Shown piece by piece: positions 27,944-36,944 of a stretch of DNA of 64,000 bases. The DNA is taken from assembly GCA_965116875.1 (NCBI GenBank), contig OZ220733.1, positions 2,944,001 to 3,008,000 on the forward strand. Reading direction: 5' to 3'. A program made the position numbers and the translations under genes. Position 1 is the stretch's first letter; every line of letters starts with the position of its first letter. The DNA comes from Candidatus Latescibacterota bacterium (GTDB taxonomy: Bacteria > Latescibacterota > UBA2968 > GCA-2709665). The notes beneath the pieces are model-generated. The model was not told the origin of the DNA, did not search any database, and saw only the letters and a list, made by a program, of their open reading frames with translations.

Positions 27944-29122
27944 ATGAACAGGGTTCGCACGTACACTGATTCGAGCTCAAAATTTCCTGTCCGGGTCTTG
28001 CTGATCGCAGGCGCGATGATGGTGGGTACAATTGCCGGGTGCGGAGGGGATCGCGTTTTGGAAGGGGTTCTGGATGAAGAGCGCATTCCCGAAAGGCCGC
28101 TGCGATATGCCGGGAAAGTGGCGCTTGAATTGCAAGAAACCTTCGAGCTTGGGTTTGATAAGAACATGCCTGAGATTGGGCGTGTTGAGTGGATGGGTAT
28201 TTCACCCGAGGGCACCCTGTTGGTTACCGACCGTGAAAGCGATCAGGCGCACGAAATCAAATTCAGGGACAACCAGTACATTCGTTCATTCGGGCAAACA
28301 GGTTTCGGTCCCGGTGAGCATGCGTCGGCGTACAGTATGTCGATAGATCCTGAGGGCAGGGTCTATCTCCTTGATAGGCGTGGAGGGCAGATCCTCCGGT
28401 ATGATCGTATGGGCCGATACCTGGATCGGACCCAATCTATCGGCATATCGAAGATTCACGCAGATCGCATGGGAGAGATATTCTCCCTACGCGTAAACAC
28501 AACAAGCCTCATTATGGAATTACAGCGCCGGGATCCGGCGACGTTGGAAGTATTGAGCAGTACACCGCTTTCCGATCTGAATCGGAGCTTTGTGTCGTTT
28601 CGGGTGAGCAAATTCGCGAGGTTGTGCTATAATGCTTCATTACAGGTGTTTTATTATCTGGGCCCGAATGACTACATGGTCAAAGAGATCGATGCGGCAA
28701 CAGGTGAGGTTACGGCGAAATTCGGCAGGCGCCCGGAAGGATTCGTTGCGTTGCCCGATCGCTACCACGATATTGGCCGTGGAACCTTCGACGATTTGAA
28801 ACAATTGGAAATCACCAAAGTAGGATCTATGACATTGGTTCAGGACCGATATCTGTTCGTCTCATACTACCACCCGAGACCTCCAGTGATCGAATGGGTG
28901 GTCTATAGGATAAATCCGTCCGGGTCGTTTGATGTGTACGATCCGGATGACGTTACGAGTGTACTCCTTTATCCATTCAGCGATCGCGCCCGTGCGGGTC
29001 GGGCTGAAGCCATCACGGCCGCGCGAGAATTCATGTATATCTGGAGACAGCCTCCTGGCGAAGTTGCGGACAAATCCATCGGTACGATAGAAGAATACGC
29101 GGTTACGTTGGACCTGAATTGA
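27944..29122 (+). CDS. 6-bladed beta-propeller lipoprotein, copy 3
   Basis: Paralog, lipobox IAGC. Confidence 0.87.
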   Translation: MNRVRTYTDSSSKFPVRVLLIAGAMMVGTIAGCGGDRVLEGVLDEERIPERPLRYAGKVALELQETFELGFDKNMPEIGRVEWMGISPEGTLLVTDRESDQAHEIKFRDNQYIRSFGQTGFGPGEHASAYSMSIDPEGRVYLLDRRGGQILRYDRMGRYLDRTQSIGISKIHADRMGEIFSLRVNTTSLIMELQRRDPATLEVLSSTPLSDLNRSFVSFRVSKFARLCYNASLQVFYYLGPNDYMVKEIDAATGEVTAKFGRRPEGFVALPDRYHDIGRGTFDDLKQLEITKVGSMTLVQDRYLFVSYYHPRPPVIEWVVYRINPSGSFDVYDPDDVTSVLLYPFSDRARAGRAEAITAAREFMYIWRQPPGEVADKSIGTIEEYAVTLDLN

Positions 29123-29208
29123 GTAAGGTCGCCGGGACACTCAGGGAATTCGCGTGGCCCGTTTCATTTCATTCATCCTCCTGGCTGTCAGCATGCGAGC
29201 CGCGGGCC

Positions 29209-29302
29209 GATGTGTCCACGCGAATCGGAATCGGCATCGCCGCTGTTTTCGGTCGCGCGCCGACAATGCGGCAAGCCGTTTGAAGGCCGTGGGTTGCAAC
29301 CG
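29209..29302 (-). repeat. Paralogous copy of cpt 3' end and downstream flank (spacer 3)
   Basis: GATGTGTCCACGCGAATCGGAATCGGCATCGCCGCTGTTTTCGGTC versus GATGTGTATACGCGAATCGAATTTGGCTTCGCTGCTATTTCCGGTC at 30776. Confidence 0.78.
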
Positions 29303-29354
29303 AAGGGTCCGTCGAGGACGGCGGCAAGGAACACTCGATGAGGGGAGAACACCA

Positions 29355-30533
29355 ATGAGTATGGTTCGCATGTACACTTATTTAAGCTCGATATTTCCTG
29401 TTCGCGTCTTTTGGATCGCTGGCGCGCTCATAGTGGGTACTATTGCCGGGTGCGGAGGGGATCGGGTCTTGGAAGGGGTATCGGATGACGAGCACATTCC
29501 CGAGAAGCAACTGCGATATGCTGGGAAAGTGGCGCTTGAATTGCGGGAAACCTTCGAGTTTGGGTTTGATCAGGACACGCCTGTGATCGGGCGTGTTGAT
29601 TGGATGGGTATTTCACCTGAGGGCACTTTGATGGTTACCGACTTTGAAAGCGATCAGGCGCACGAAATCAACTACCGGGACAATCAGTACATTCGCTCAT
29701 TCGGGCGTCCAGGTAGAGGTCCCGGCGAGCATTGGTCGGCTGAAAGCATGTCGATAGATCCTGAGGGCAGGGTCTATCTCCTTGATGGGGTTCAAGGTCA
29801 GATCCATCGGTATGATCGCAAGGGCCGGTTTTTGGATCGGACCGAATCCATCGGCATATCGAAGATTTATTCCGGTCGCAAGGGAGAGATATTTTCACTA
29901 CGCGTAAACCCAACAAGCCTTACTATGGAATTACAGCGCCGGGACCCTGCGACGTGGGGAGTTTTAGGCCGTACACCGCTTTCCAATCCGAATCAGAGTT
30001 TCGTGTCGATTCGGATGAGGAAATTCGCGAGGTTGTGCTACAATGCTTCATTGCAGGTGTTCTATTATCTGGGCCAAAATGACTACATGATCAAACAGAT
30101 CGATGCGGCAACAGGTGAGGTTACGGCGAAATTCGGCAGACGCCCGAAAGGATTCGTTGCGTTGCCCGATCGCTACCACGATATCGGGCGCGGAACTTTC
30201 GAGGATTTGCAAGAAGTGAGAATCACCCTTGTAGGATCTATGACACTGGTTGAGGATCGTTATCTGTTCGTCTCATACGACCACCCGGAATCTCCAGTTA
30301 GGGAATGGGTCGTCTATATGGTAAATCCGTCCGGGCCGTACGACGTGTTCGATTTGGATGAAGTATGGAGTCTACGCCTACAGTTTAGCGGCGGTCACGG
30401 CCGTGTGCGGATGGGCGCCATCACCGCCGCGCATGAATCCATATATATTTGGAGACCGCCTCGCCATAACGAAGTTGCGGAGAATTCCAACGGAACGTTA
30501 GAAAAATACGCGGTTGTGTTGGACCTGAATTAA
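29355..30533 (+). CDS. 6-bladed beta-propeller lipoprotein, copy 4
   Basis: Paralog, N-terminus near-identical to copy 2. Confidence 0.87.
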   Translation: MSMVRMYTYLSSIFPVRVFWIAGALIVGTIAGCGGDRVLEGVSDDEHIPEKQLRYAGKVALELRETFEFGFDQDTPVIGRVDWMGISPEGTLMVTDFESDQAHEINYRDNQYIRSFGRPGRGPGEHWSAESMSIDPEGRVYLLDGVQGQIHRYDRKGRFLDRTESIGISKIYSGRKGEIFSLRVNPTSLTMELQRRDPATWGVLGRTPLSNPNQSFVSIRMRKFARLCYNASLQVFYYLGQNDYMIKQIDAATGEVTAKFGRRPKGFVALPDRYHDIGRGTFEDLQEVRITLVGSMTLVEDRYLFVSYDHPESPVREWVVYMVNPSGPYDVFDLDEVWSLRLQFSGGHGRVRMGAITAAHESIYIWRPPRHNEVAENSNGTLEKYAVVLDLN

Positions 30534-30735
30534 CCTCAATTTGAAAAATGACAACAGTCAAATCGGCCACAAGAGCCTGAATGCGGGTAGAGGGTAGACG
30601 AAATTCGGGAAGACGGTAGACGTAAGAGGTTAGAGATGACCCGCCTCGTTTGGTTTCAATTCATGCCGGAGGCATTGAGGAGAAACGAATTGGCAAAGAT
30701 TCCTTCTTCCGTCTCCCCTCTCCCGTCTTCCCGCC
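30533..30735. repeat. Right island-flank direct repeat plus heptamer-armed repeat copy 4 (core inverted)
   Basis: 30533-30591 matches 21416-21475, followed by GGTAGAG/GGTAGAC/GGAAGAC arm, core ATGCCGGAGGCA, GTCTCCC/CTCTCCC/GTCTTCC arm. Confidence 0.65.
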
Positions 30736-30809
30736 TTTTTGTTCTTTCTCCTCCCCTCTCACCAGGTGGTGGGACGATGTGTATACGCGAATCGAATTTG
30801 GCTTCGCTG

Positions 30810-31484
30810 CTATTTCCGGTCCCGCGCCGTCATTGCGGCGAGCCTTTTGAAAGCGGCGGGTTGAGGGCCGTGCTTCAAATGTATTAAAATTGCCCGGCTG
30901 CATTCCTCCGGACGCATCCTCGCGGTATCGACTTCGAGGTCATAGATTCCTGGTTTGTGCACTTCGCGGTCCCATCGATGCACGCTGTAGGGCGGCGGCG
31001 TGTCATCCGCGATTCGCTGATCCTTGAGCCATGTGTTACGCCGTCGTTCCCATACGATTTCAACAGGACAACGTACGCCAACGAACCAAACGGGCAGGCC
31101 TTCCATTCGCCGCGCACAATCGTACAGGATTCCTTGAGGAATATTGTAGTCGTCATGGTGACCGGCGTCGGTAACGACGTTTATACCCAGACGACTGTGT
31201 GCCGCAATCGACTCATACATCGCTGCATACATTGTTGGCACCAGGAGTTCGATCTTCTCTCTTTGCGCAAACGGTTCTTCTTCCATTCTCTCGATGCCGG
31301 CTGGCCGAAGCCCGACGCCCGGACGATACTGTTCGGGTGTAATGCGTATGTAACGATCTGCGCCGAGGTTCATCCACGGTTCGTCCGACGCCTCCTGGAT
31401 CGCGGTGGCAATGCTCGACTTCCCGGATCGCGGAGCGCCGTTTAGTATGATTACCTGTCCCAGCTGAGTTTCCTGTTCCATCAT
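30810..31484 (-). CDS. Chloramphenicol phosphotransferase (CPT)-like P-loop kinase
   Basis: IILNGAPRSGKSS, VWFVGVRCP, VHKPGIYDLEVDT...PEEC. Confidence 0.88.
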   Translation of the reverse strand: MMEQETQLGQVIILNGAPRSGKSSIATAIQEASDEPWMNLGADRYIRITPEQYRPGVGLRPAGIERMEEEPFAQREKIELLVPTMYAAMYESIAAHSRLGINVVTDAGHHDDYNIPQGILYDCARRMEGLPVWFVGVRCPVEIVWERRRNTWLKDQRIADDTPPPYSVHRWDREVHKPGIYDLEVDTARMRPEECSRAILIHLKHGPQPAAFKRLAAMTARDRK

Positions 31485-31705
31485 TTATCGTGCCTCGATT
31501 ATGGTCATGGAACCTGTGCTTTCAATCTCGGATAAATTATCTCCTGACTCAAAGGAACCGGCCATACGCGCTTCTTTCTTGCTCATCCACAGTTGTTGAT
31601 TAAAACGCTCCAAAATCCCACTATTCCTGCTTGACAATTCGCGTCCACTTGACGTTCTTTTGCAAGAGTTGTGTATAGAACAACCTGAACTGCCCGGAGC
31701 GTGTG

Positions 31706-31930
31706 ATGAACGGGAAATTTCTCAACAACGACAACATTCGCATGGCAATCTTGCTGTTAACCATCCTGGGTTCCTGGTGGCACCTGTCCTCTGAAATCAG
31801 CAGACAGATAGACCGTGTGGATCGAAGATTGGATTCGGTTGATCGAAAACTGGAGAGAATCGACGAACGCCTGGATTCCTTCGGAGAGCGAATTGCCGCG
31901 AACGAAACAAGACTAAGCGTAGAAAAGTAA
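31706..31930 (+). CDS. Small TM plus coiled-coil protein (paralog A)
   Basis: 74 aa, one hydrophobic helix then heptads IDRVDRRLDSVDRKLERIDERLDSFGERIAANE. Paralog at 35195. Confidence 0.75.
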   Translation: MNGKFLNNDNIRMAILLLTILGSWWHLSSEISRQIDRVDRRLDSVDRKLERIDERLDSFGERIAANETRLSVEK

Positions 31931-31947
31931 GAGCCTGAGTCCTTAGT

Positions 31948-32412
31948 CTACGTCAACAACCTGCCTGCCGGTTTGCTAAACTGGCGGGCTGAATTTTTCC
32001 TCCTTACCACCTCCACCACACCCTCCGACGGCCGCATGCGGACGGTATCGCCGGTCCGGATGGTCGCCAGCGGGTCGGGTTCGAGTTCGTGCATCAGCGC
32101 CACGTTCGCCAGAACGGCGCCCTGTACCATCACCGGATTCGTGCGTCCGAAGATGAAACCCGCCGGGCAGGTTCCCCTCTCAACCATATCCAGCATCATC
32201 CACGACGTGGCCACGCCGCCCTTGGACGTGCGGAACACGACGATTTTCGCGGAGATCGACTGCCCGTAGAGCGGATGGGTCTCCCGGCTGATCACGCCCC
32301 GGTACCGGTCATAGTCGTACCGGGCGCTGAAGCCTTCGTCGCATACCAGCGCGACCCCTTCCGCGTGGGGTCCGACACCCGGATGCCCGTGAAGAACAGT
32401 GGTCTCAGTCAT
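31948..32412 (-). CDS. Aconitase X small (swivel) subunit, DUF126
   Basis: AEGVALV...HPLYGQSISAKIVVFRTSKGG...IRTGDTVRM. Confidence 0.85.
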   Translation of the reverse strand: MTETTVLHGHPGVGPHAEGVALVCDEGFSARYDYDRYRGVISRETHPLYGQSISAKIVVFRTSKGGVATSWMMLDMVERGTCPAGFIFGRTNPVMVQGAVLANVALMHELEPDPLATIRTGDTVRMRPSEGVVEVVRRKNSARQFSKPAGRLLT

Positions 32413-32472
32413 TATTGTGTTCTTTCTATCCACCGGCGAAGCCTCGGAAGACAAGGTCCCGTCGCCGCCCCT

Positions 32473-33711
32473 TTATCCAACTCTTCCCGTCACCGCCGCA
32501 TCGATACACGTCTCCACAGGCCGGAATACCGGGTTGTATCCATATCCGGAAATGATATTCGCCAGTTTTGCCGAATTCGTCACGAGCGTGCGGTACTGAA
32601 ACCGCTGTTGCAGGACGCGGGCGTTCATGATATAGAAACAAACACCCGTGAGGATTCTCCCTCCCGCACTTTCGACGATTTCCGTGTATCCCATCCGGTC
32701 CGCCAGCGCTTTGATCTGATAATTGGTGGTGAGATACAGCTTCGAGCCGGAATGGACGCGCCGACCCCGCAGCAATTCCGCGATCGACTGAAGTTCGAAA
32801 AGAGAAAGCTGTGGCGTGCCGCAGACCACGAGGTCGACCGCTTCCTTCTCCGGCTGGAAGGATTCGTACGCCGCCCGCAGCGTCCCCGGCGAAATCACGA
32901 TCGTCTCGTCCGGTATTCGACCCCCGTACGCCTCTTCGGTCGTTCGGGCCTCGGGCGTCACCCCCACCATGTGGAACATCGCCAGCGATCCGTAACTGGC
33001 CAGCGCCGCGCCCAGGTGCTTCAGGTCGTCGATCGACGGCTTTACGTCAATCCCCTCAAATACCGGCACCCGCCAGTAGTCGTCCGCCCGCCGCCCCACC
33101 GCGCAGCCAAGCGCGCCCCAATCGCTGTTTGACCGCGGCTGGTCCTCGACCATCACGCGCACCGATCCCCGCCGCGTTTCGGGAAGGTGGAATCCGTAGC
33201 GCGGCACCCTGCCCGTAAGGCCCGCCCACACGGCCGCCGGTCCGGCCTCGAAGTTCGATCTGGCGCCGGCAACGGAGTTCGCGAAAATCACCGTGCCGGT
33301 ATCGCCCCAGCCCAGGTGTTCGCCGAATCGCGGCGGGTCCACCGTCTGATAATTGATGCAGGTGTTGCACGGCAATGCGCCCATCGCCGTGAGCGCATCC
33401 ACGATACGGCGTTCCCTGTTTACGGTATCCTCGTCCTGTCCTACGTCCCGCCACAGGGCGAAGTCCACGCTCCTCGGGTTGGTCGTTACCGGGACACGGA
33501 AACGTGCGCCCGCCGCAGCGGTTTCTTCCAGAAAGCGGAGGCCCGGCTCCGCCAGCGCTTCGATGTCCGCCATCACGTGCACCGTCCGTACGGGCACGAA
33601 GTCCTCGGCGCGAAAGAACCTCCCCACCTCCATCTGCCGGGCAAGCGCTTCGCCCGCTGCCGTCCCCATCTCTCCGGCCAGCATCGCCTTCTCTTCGCAC
33701 GTTAATCGCAT
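32473..33711 (-). CDS. Aconitase X catalytic subunit, DUF521
   Basis: MRLTCEEKAMLAGEMG, TTNP, TCINY, ANSVAGARSN, MFHMVGVTPEA, TNSAK. Confidence 0.9.
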   Translation of the reverse strand: MRLTCEEKAMLAGEMGTAAGEALARQMEVGRFFRAEDFVPVRTVHVMADIEALAEPGLRFLEETAAAGARFRVPVTTNPRSVDFALWRDVGQDEDTVNRERRIVDALTAMGALPCNTCINYQTVDPPRFGEHLGWGDTGTVIFANSVAGARSNFEAGPAAVWAGLTGRVPRYGFHLPETRRGSVRVMVEDQPRSNSDWGALGCAVGRRADDYWRVPVFEGIDVKPSIDDLKHLGAALASYGSLAMFHMVGVTPEARTTEEAYGGRIPDETIVISPGTLRAAYESFQPEKEAVDLVVCGTPQLSLFELQSIAELLRGRRVHSGSKLYLTTNYQIKALADRMGYTEIVESAGGRILTGVCFYIMNARVLQQRFQYRTLVTNSAKLANIISGYGYNPVFRPVETCIDAAVTGRVG

Positions 33712-33869
33712 CAGTATCTCACCGAAGGCCAGGCTGTGGATTCCAGATGTTTGAAGTCTTCGTTGCCTCCAGCACGTAAAGAAACCCTTCAAGGCATGTA
33801 ATCTCTTCCCGCTACCGTGACTCCCCGCATTTTGACGACCTCTTCGGAGGTGCACCCCGGTGGTAACAT

Positions 33870-34658
33870 TTAACTCGACTCAGCTTCGTTCCGTACGTCC
33901 TGGAAAATCGTCTGTTTGATTTCGGCGACAATTTCGAAGAAATGGGGTTCGGCGGTCACGGACAGCGGCCGCGGGCGGGGCAAATCGATATCGTAGATTC
34001 TTGAGTTCCTGCCCGGTCGGGGCGTCATCACGTAGACCCGGTCGGAGAGGTACACGGCTTCGGGGATCTGGTGGGTGACAAAGACGATGGTCTTGCGGGA
34101 CTGTTCCCAGATGTTCAGGAGCATCAGGTTCATTTCGTCCCGCGTGAAGGCGTCCAGGGCGCCGAAGGGTTCGTCCATCAGCAGGACCTGCGGGTCGTAC
34201 GCCAGCGCCCGGACGATGGAAGCCCGTTGCTGCATACCGCCCGAGAGTTCGCCCGGATAGTGACGCTCAAAACCCTTCAGGGCCGTAATCTCGATCAGTT
34301 CGTCGATACGGTCCCGGTAGCGTTCCGGGTCTTCCCGCATGATCTCAAATGGAAACCGGATGTTCTGCAGCAGGTTCCGCCATGGCAGCATGTTGGAGGT
34401 CTGGAAGACCATGCCGATCTCCCTTCGCGGCTCCAGGACCTCTTTTCCGTTTACCGTTATTCTGCCCTCGGTGAGCGGCCAGAGCGCCGCCATGGCCCAG
34501 AGCAGGGTGCTCTTGCCGCAGCCGCTCGGGCCCACGATCGACACCAGTTCGCCTTCCGCCACCGAGAGATTGAAGCCGTCCAGCGCATGGACCTCCCCGC
34601 GGTCTCCGGTGAAGGTTTTCGATGCGTTTTCGACTGTGATGATGGGCTGGCTTTGCAT
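33870..34658 (-). CDS. ABC transporter ATP-binding protein (NitT/TauT family)
   Basis: Walker A GPSGCGKS, LSGGMQQR, LLMDEPFGALD, FVTH, PRPGR. Confidence 0.93.
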   Translation of the reverse strand: MQSQPIITVENASKTFTGDRGEVHALDGFNLSVAEGELVSIVGPSGCGKSTLLWAMAALWPLTEGRITVNGKEVLEPRREIGMVFQTSNMLPWRNLLQNIRFPFEIMREDPERYRDRIDELIEITALKGFERHYPGELSGGMQQRASIVRALAYDPQVLLMDEPFGALDAFTRDEMNLMLLNIWEQSRKTIVFVTHQIPEAVYLSDRVYVMTPRPGRNSRIYDIDLPRPRPLSVTAEPHFFEIVAEIKQTIFQDVRNEAESS

Positions 34659-34839
34659 CTGCAGTACAAAAGGGAACGCCGCGATCGCGCGGTACGAGGG
34701 CGACTCGTTCAGGCCCAGCGAATTGGGCGTATCGCGGCGGGTTGGAATCGATTAAGACAGCTTCTAAGGGCGAACGGGAGTATATTCGATTTCGGGAGAT
34801 GGAACAAGGGATTTCTGGCGAGCAAACCAGCGACAGGGA

Positions 34840-35038
34840 GGGCAACCACAAGGGTTGCCCCTACAAATACAAGGTTGCCACGCGGGTCGGCGATATCAAT
34901 TCACGAACGCATGATTGTGTAGGGGCGACCGGCCGGTCGCCCATTTGCAACCCACAAACCGGGCTCACACAAAGACACGAAGGCACAAAGGAAATCGGAA
35001 ACAGCGACAAGGCGGGCAACCACAAGGGTTGCCCCTAC
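34840..35038. repeat. Cluster of three GTAG-type REP-like elements
   Basis: GGGCAACCACAAGGGTTGCCCCTAC at 34840-34864 and 35014-35038, GTAGGGGCGACCGGCCGGTCGCCC at 34919-34942. Confidence 0.8.
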
Positions 35039-35194
35039 AAATACGAGGATATCGCCCGGCGGGTGGGACCTGCCTGCCAACCATAACCTGGCGCAGGCAG
35101 ATGCCCTGGCACAAAAGCATCTGTATTTTAACCTTTTCGCTTGACAAGGTCTACCTCTTTGGCGTACTTTTTTCATACAGATCGGAGGTACGCC

Positions 35195-35425
35195 TTGAAT
35201 GGGAAAATCTTCAACGAAGACAATATGCGACTGGTACTTTTGCTATTGGCCATCTGGGGTCTGATGTGGAACTTTTCCTCCGGAATCAATAAAAGAATAG
35301 ACAGATTGGAAGACAAGATGGAAACGAAATTCGATACGGTTGACCGGAAATTGGAAAGAATAGATGCACGCCTGGACTCCTTCGGGGAACGTATCGCCGC
35401 AAACGAAGCAAAACTCAAAGAGTAA
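35195..35425 (+). CDS. Small TM plus coiled-coil protein (paralog B)
   Basis: TTG start after GGAGGT. NGKIFNEDNMRLVLLLLAIWG...VDRKLERIDARLDSFGERIAANE. Confidence 0.75.
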   Translation: MNGKIFNEDNMRLVLLLLAIWGLMWNFSSGINKRIDRLEDKMETKFDTVDRKLERIDARLDSFGERIAANEAKLKE

Positions 35426-35627
35426 AATTCCATTGCATCCATAACGTCGTCAACGGCCTGCCAGTAAGACAAACTGGCGGGCTTTTCTTGTCTCCCCTAC
35501 TTTCCCCGTAATCCTTGCCTCCATTCGTGCATTTTCTTAAAATTACATGCCCGTGGGTGTTGCGCGGGAGGCAACCCGACGCGTTGTTTTCGAAAGACGA
35601 CTGCCGTTTCTATCAACAGGTGAACCA

Positions 35628-36911
35628 ATGCAGACCGACTACGCGTTTGAGATGGGGACTTCGAATTTGCGGTTCGGACCGGGCGCGACGAGAGAAGTGG
35701 GGATGGACCTTTCCGAACTGGGCGCCAGGCGGGTGATGCTGCTGACGGACCCCAATCTCGTGGACCTGCCGCCGGTGCGGACGGCGGTCGAATCCCTCAG
35801 GAGCGAGGGGGTCGATTACGCGCTCTACGACCGCGTCCGGGTCGAGCCCACGGACGTTTCGTTTCAGGAGGCGATTGACTTCGCACATGATGGAGATTTC
35901 GACGCCTTTGTCGCCGTGGGCGGGGGCTCCTCGATCGATACGGCAAAGGCCGCGAATCTCTATTCCACCTATCCGGATGATTTCTACGCGTACGTGAACG
36001 CGCCGATCGGGAGCGGCAAACCGGTTCCCGGCGCGCTCAAGCCGCTGATCGCGATTCCAACGACCGCCGGAACCGGCAGCGAGACCACGGGCGTCACGAT
36101 ATTCGATATCTCCGCAAAACACGTCAAGACCGGTATCGCCCACCGCCGCCTGAAACCGTCGCTGGGCATTGTGGACCCCGAGAATACGCGCACCATGCCG
36201 CCGGTTGTGGCGGCCTCGACGGGGCTGGATGTGCTCTGCCACGCCCTCGAGTCCTATACCGCGATTCCGTACGATCAACGCCCGCTGCCCGAACGCCCGA
36301 TTCTCCGGCCGGCGTACCAGGGCACCAATCCGATCAGCGATATGTGGGCGCTCAGGGCCATCGAGCTGGTCGCGCAAAACATCGTGCGCGCGGTTGCGGA
36401 CCCGGACGACGACGAGGCCCGGTCGAACATGATCCTCGCGTCGAGCATGGCGGGGATGGGGTTCGGCAACGCGGGCGTTCATCTGCCCCACGGGATGTCC
36501 TATCCCGTCTCGGGGATGGTGCGGGATTACCGGCCCGAAGGGATGGTTAGCGACCATCCCATCGTACCCCATGGGATGTCGGTCTTCATGAACGCGCCGG
36601 CTTCCTTCCGGTTTACCGGACCTGCCTGCCCGGAACGCCATCTCAGGGCCGCGCAGTTGCTGGGCGCGGACATTTCCGGCGTGAAAGACCCTGAGGCGGA
36701 GGCGGGAGGCGTTCTCGCGGACCGCATCGTGGCGTTGATGAAGCGGCTGGAAATGCCCAACGGACTTTCGGCGATCGGGTTTGCGGAAGCGGACGTGCCC
36801 GCGCTGGTGGAGGGCACGCTGCCCCAGCACCGTGTGACCAAACTGTCACCGAAACCCGCCGGCAGAGAGGACCTGGAAGCGCTGTTCCGGGACGCGCTGA
36901 CTGCCTGGTAG
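35628..36911 (+). CDS. Hydroxyacid-oxoacid transhydrogenase (Fe-containing ADH family)
   Basis: DYAFEM, VRVEPTD, GGGSSIDTAK, YVNAPIG, PTTAGTGSE, RPAYQG.NPISD, GVHLPHGMSYP. Confidence 0.92.
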   Translation: MQTDYAFEMGTSNLRFGPGATREVGMDLSELGARRVMLLTDPNLVDLPPVRTAVESLRSEGVDYALYDRVRVEPTDVSFQEAIDFAHDGDFDAFVAVGGGSSIDTAKAANLYSTYPDDFYAYVNAPIGSGKPVPGALKPLIAIPTTAGTGSETTGVTIFDISAKHVKTGIAHRRLKPSLGIVDPENTRTMPPVVAASTGLDVLCHALESYTAIPYDQRPLPERPILRPAYQGTNPISDMWALRAIELVAQNIVRAVADPDDDEARSNMILASSMAGMGFGNAGVHLPHGMSYPVSGMVRDYRPEGMVSDHPIVPHGMSVFMNAPASFRFTGPACPERHLRAAQLLGADISGVKDPEAEAGGVLADRIVALMKRLEMPNGLSAIGFAEADVPALVEGTLPQHRVTKLSPKPAGREDLEALFRDALTAW

Positions 36912-36944
36912 AAGTACAGCGGACATCAGGAGGATGAGACTCGC

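Noticed and set aside
26320-29354. Integron cassette array (spacers as attC sites)
   Set aside because: No integron integrase, no clear RYYYAAC...GTTRRRY palindromic attC, and the spacers are explained by cpt-derived sequence.
25145-30533. Diversity-generating retroelement acting on the propeller genes
   Set aside because: No reverse transcriptase and no TR/VR pair. Differences span whole genes and are not visibly adenine-specific.
30810-31484. True chloramphenicol resistance gene
   Set aside because: CPT-like kinases are widespread with unknown substrates, and family membership alone does not show resistance.
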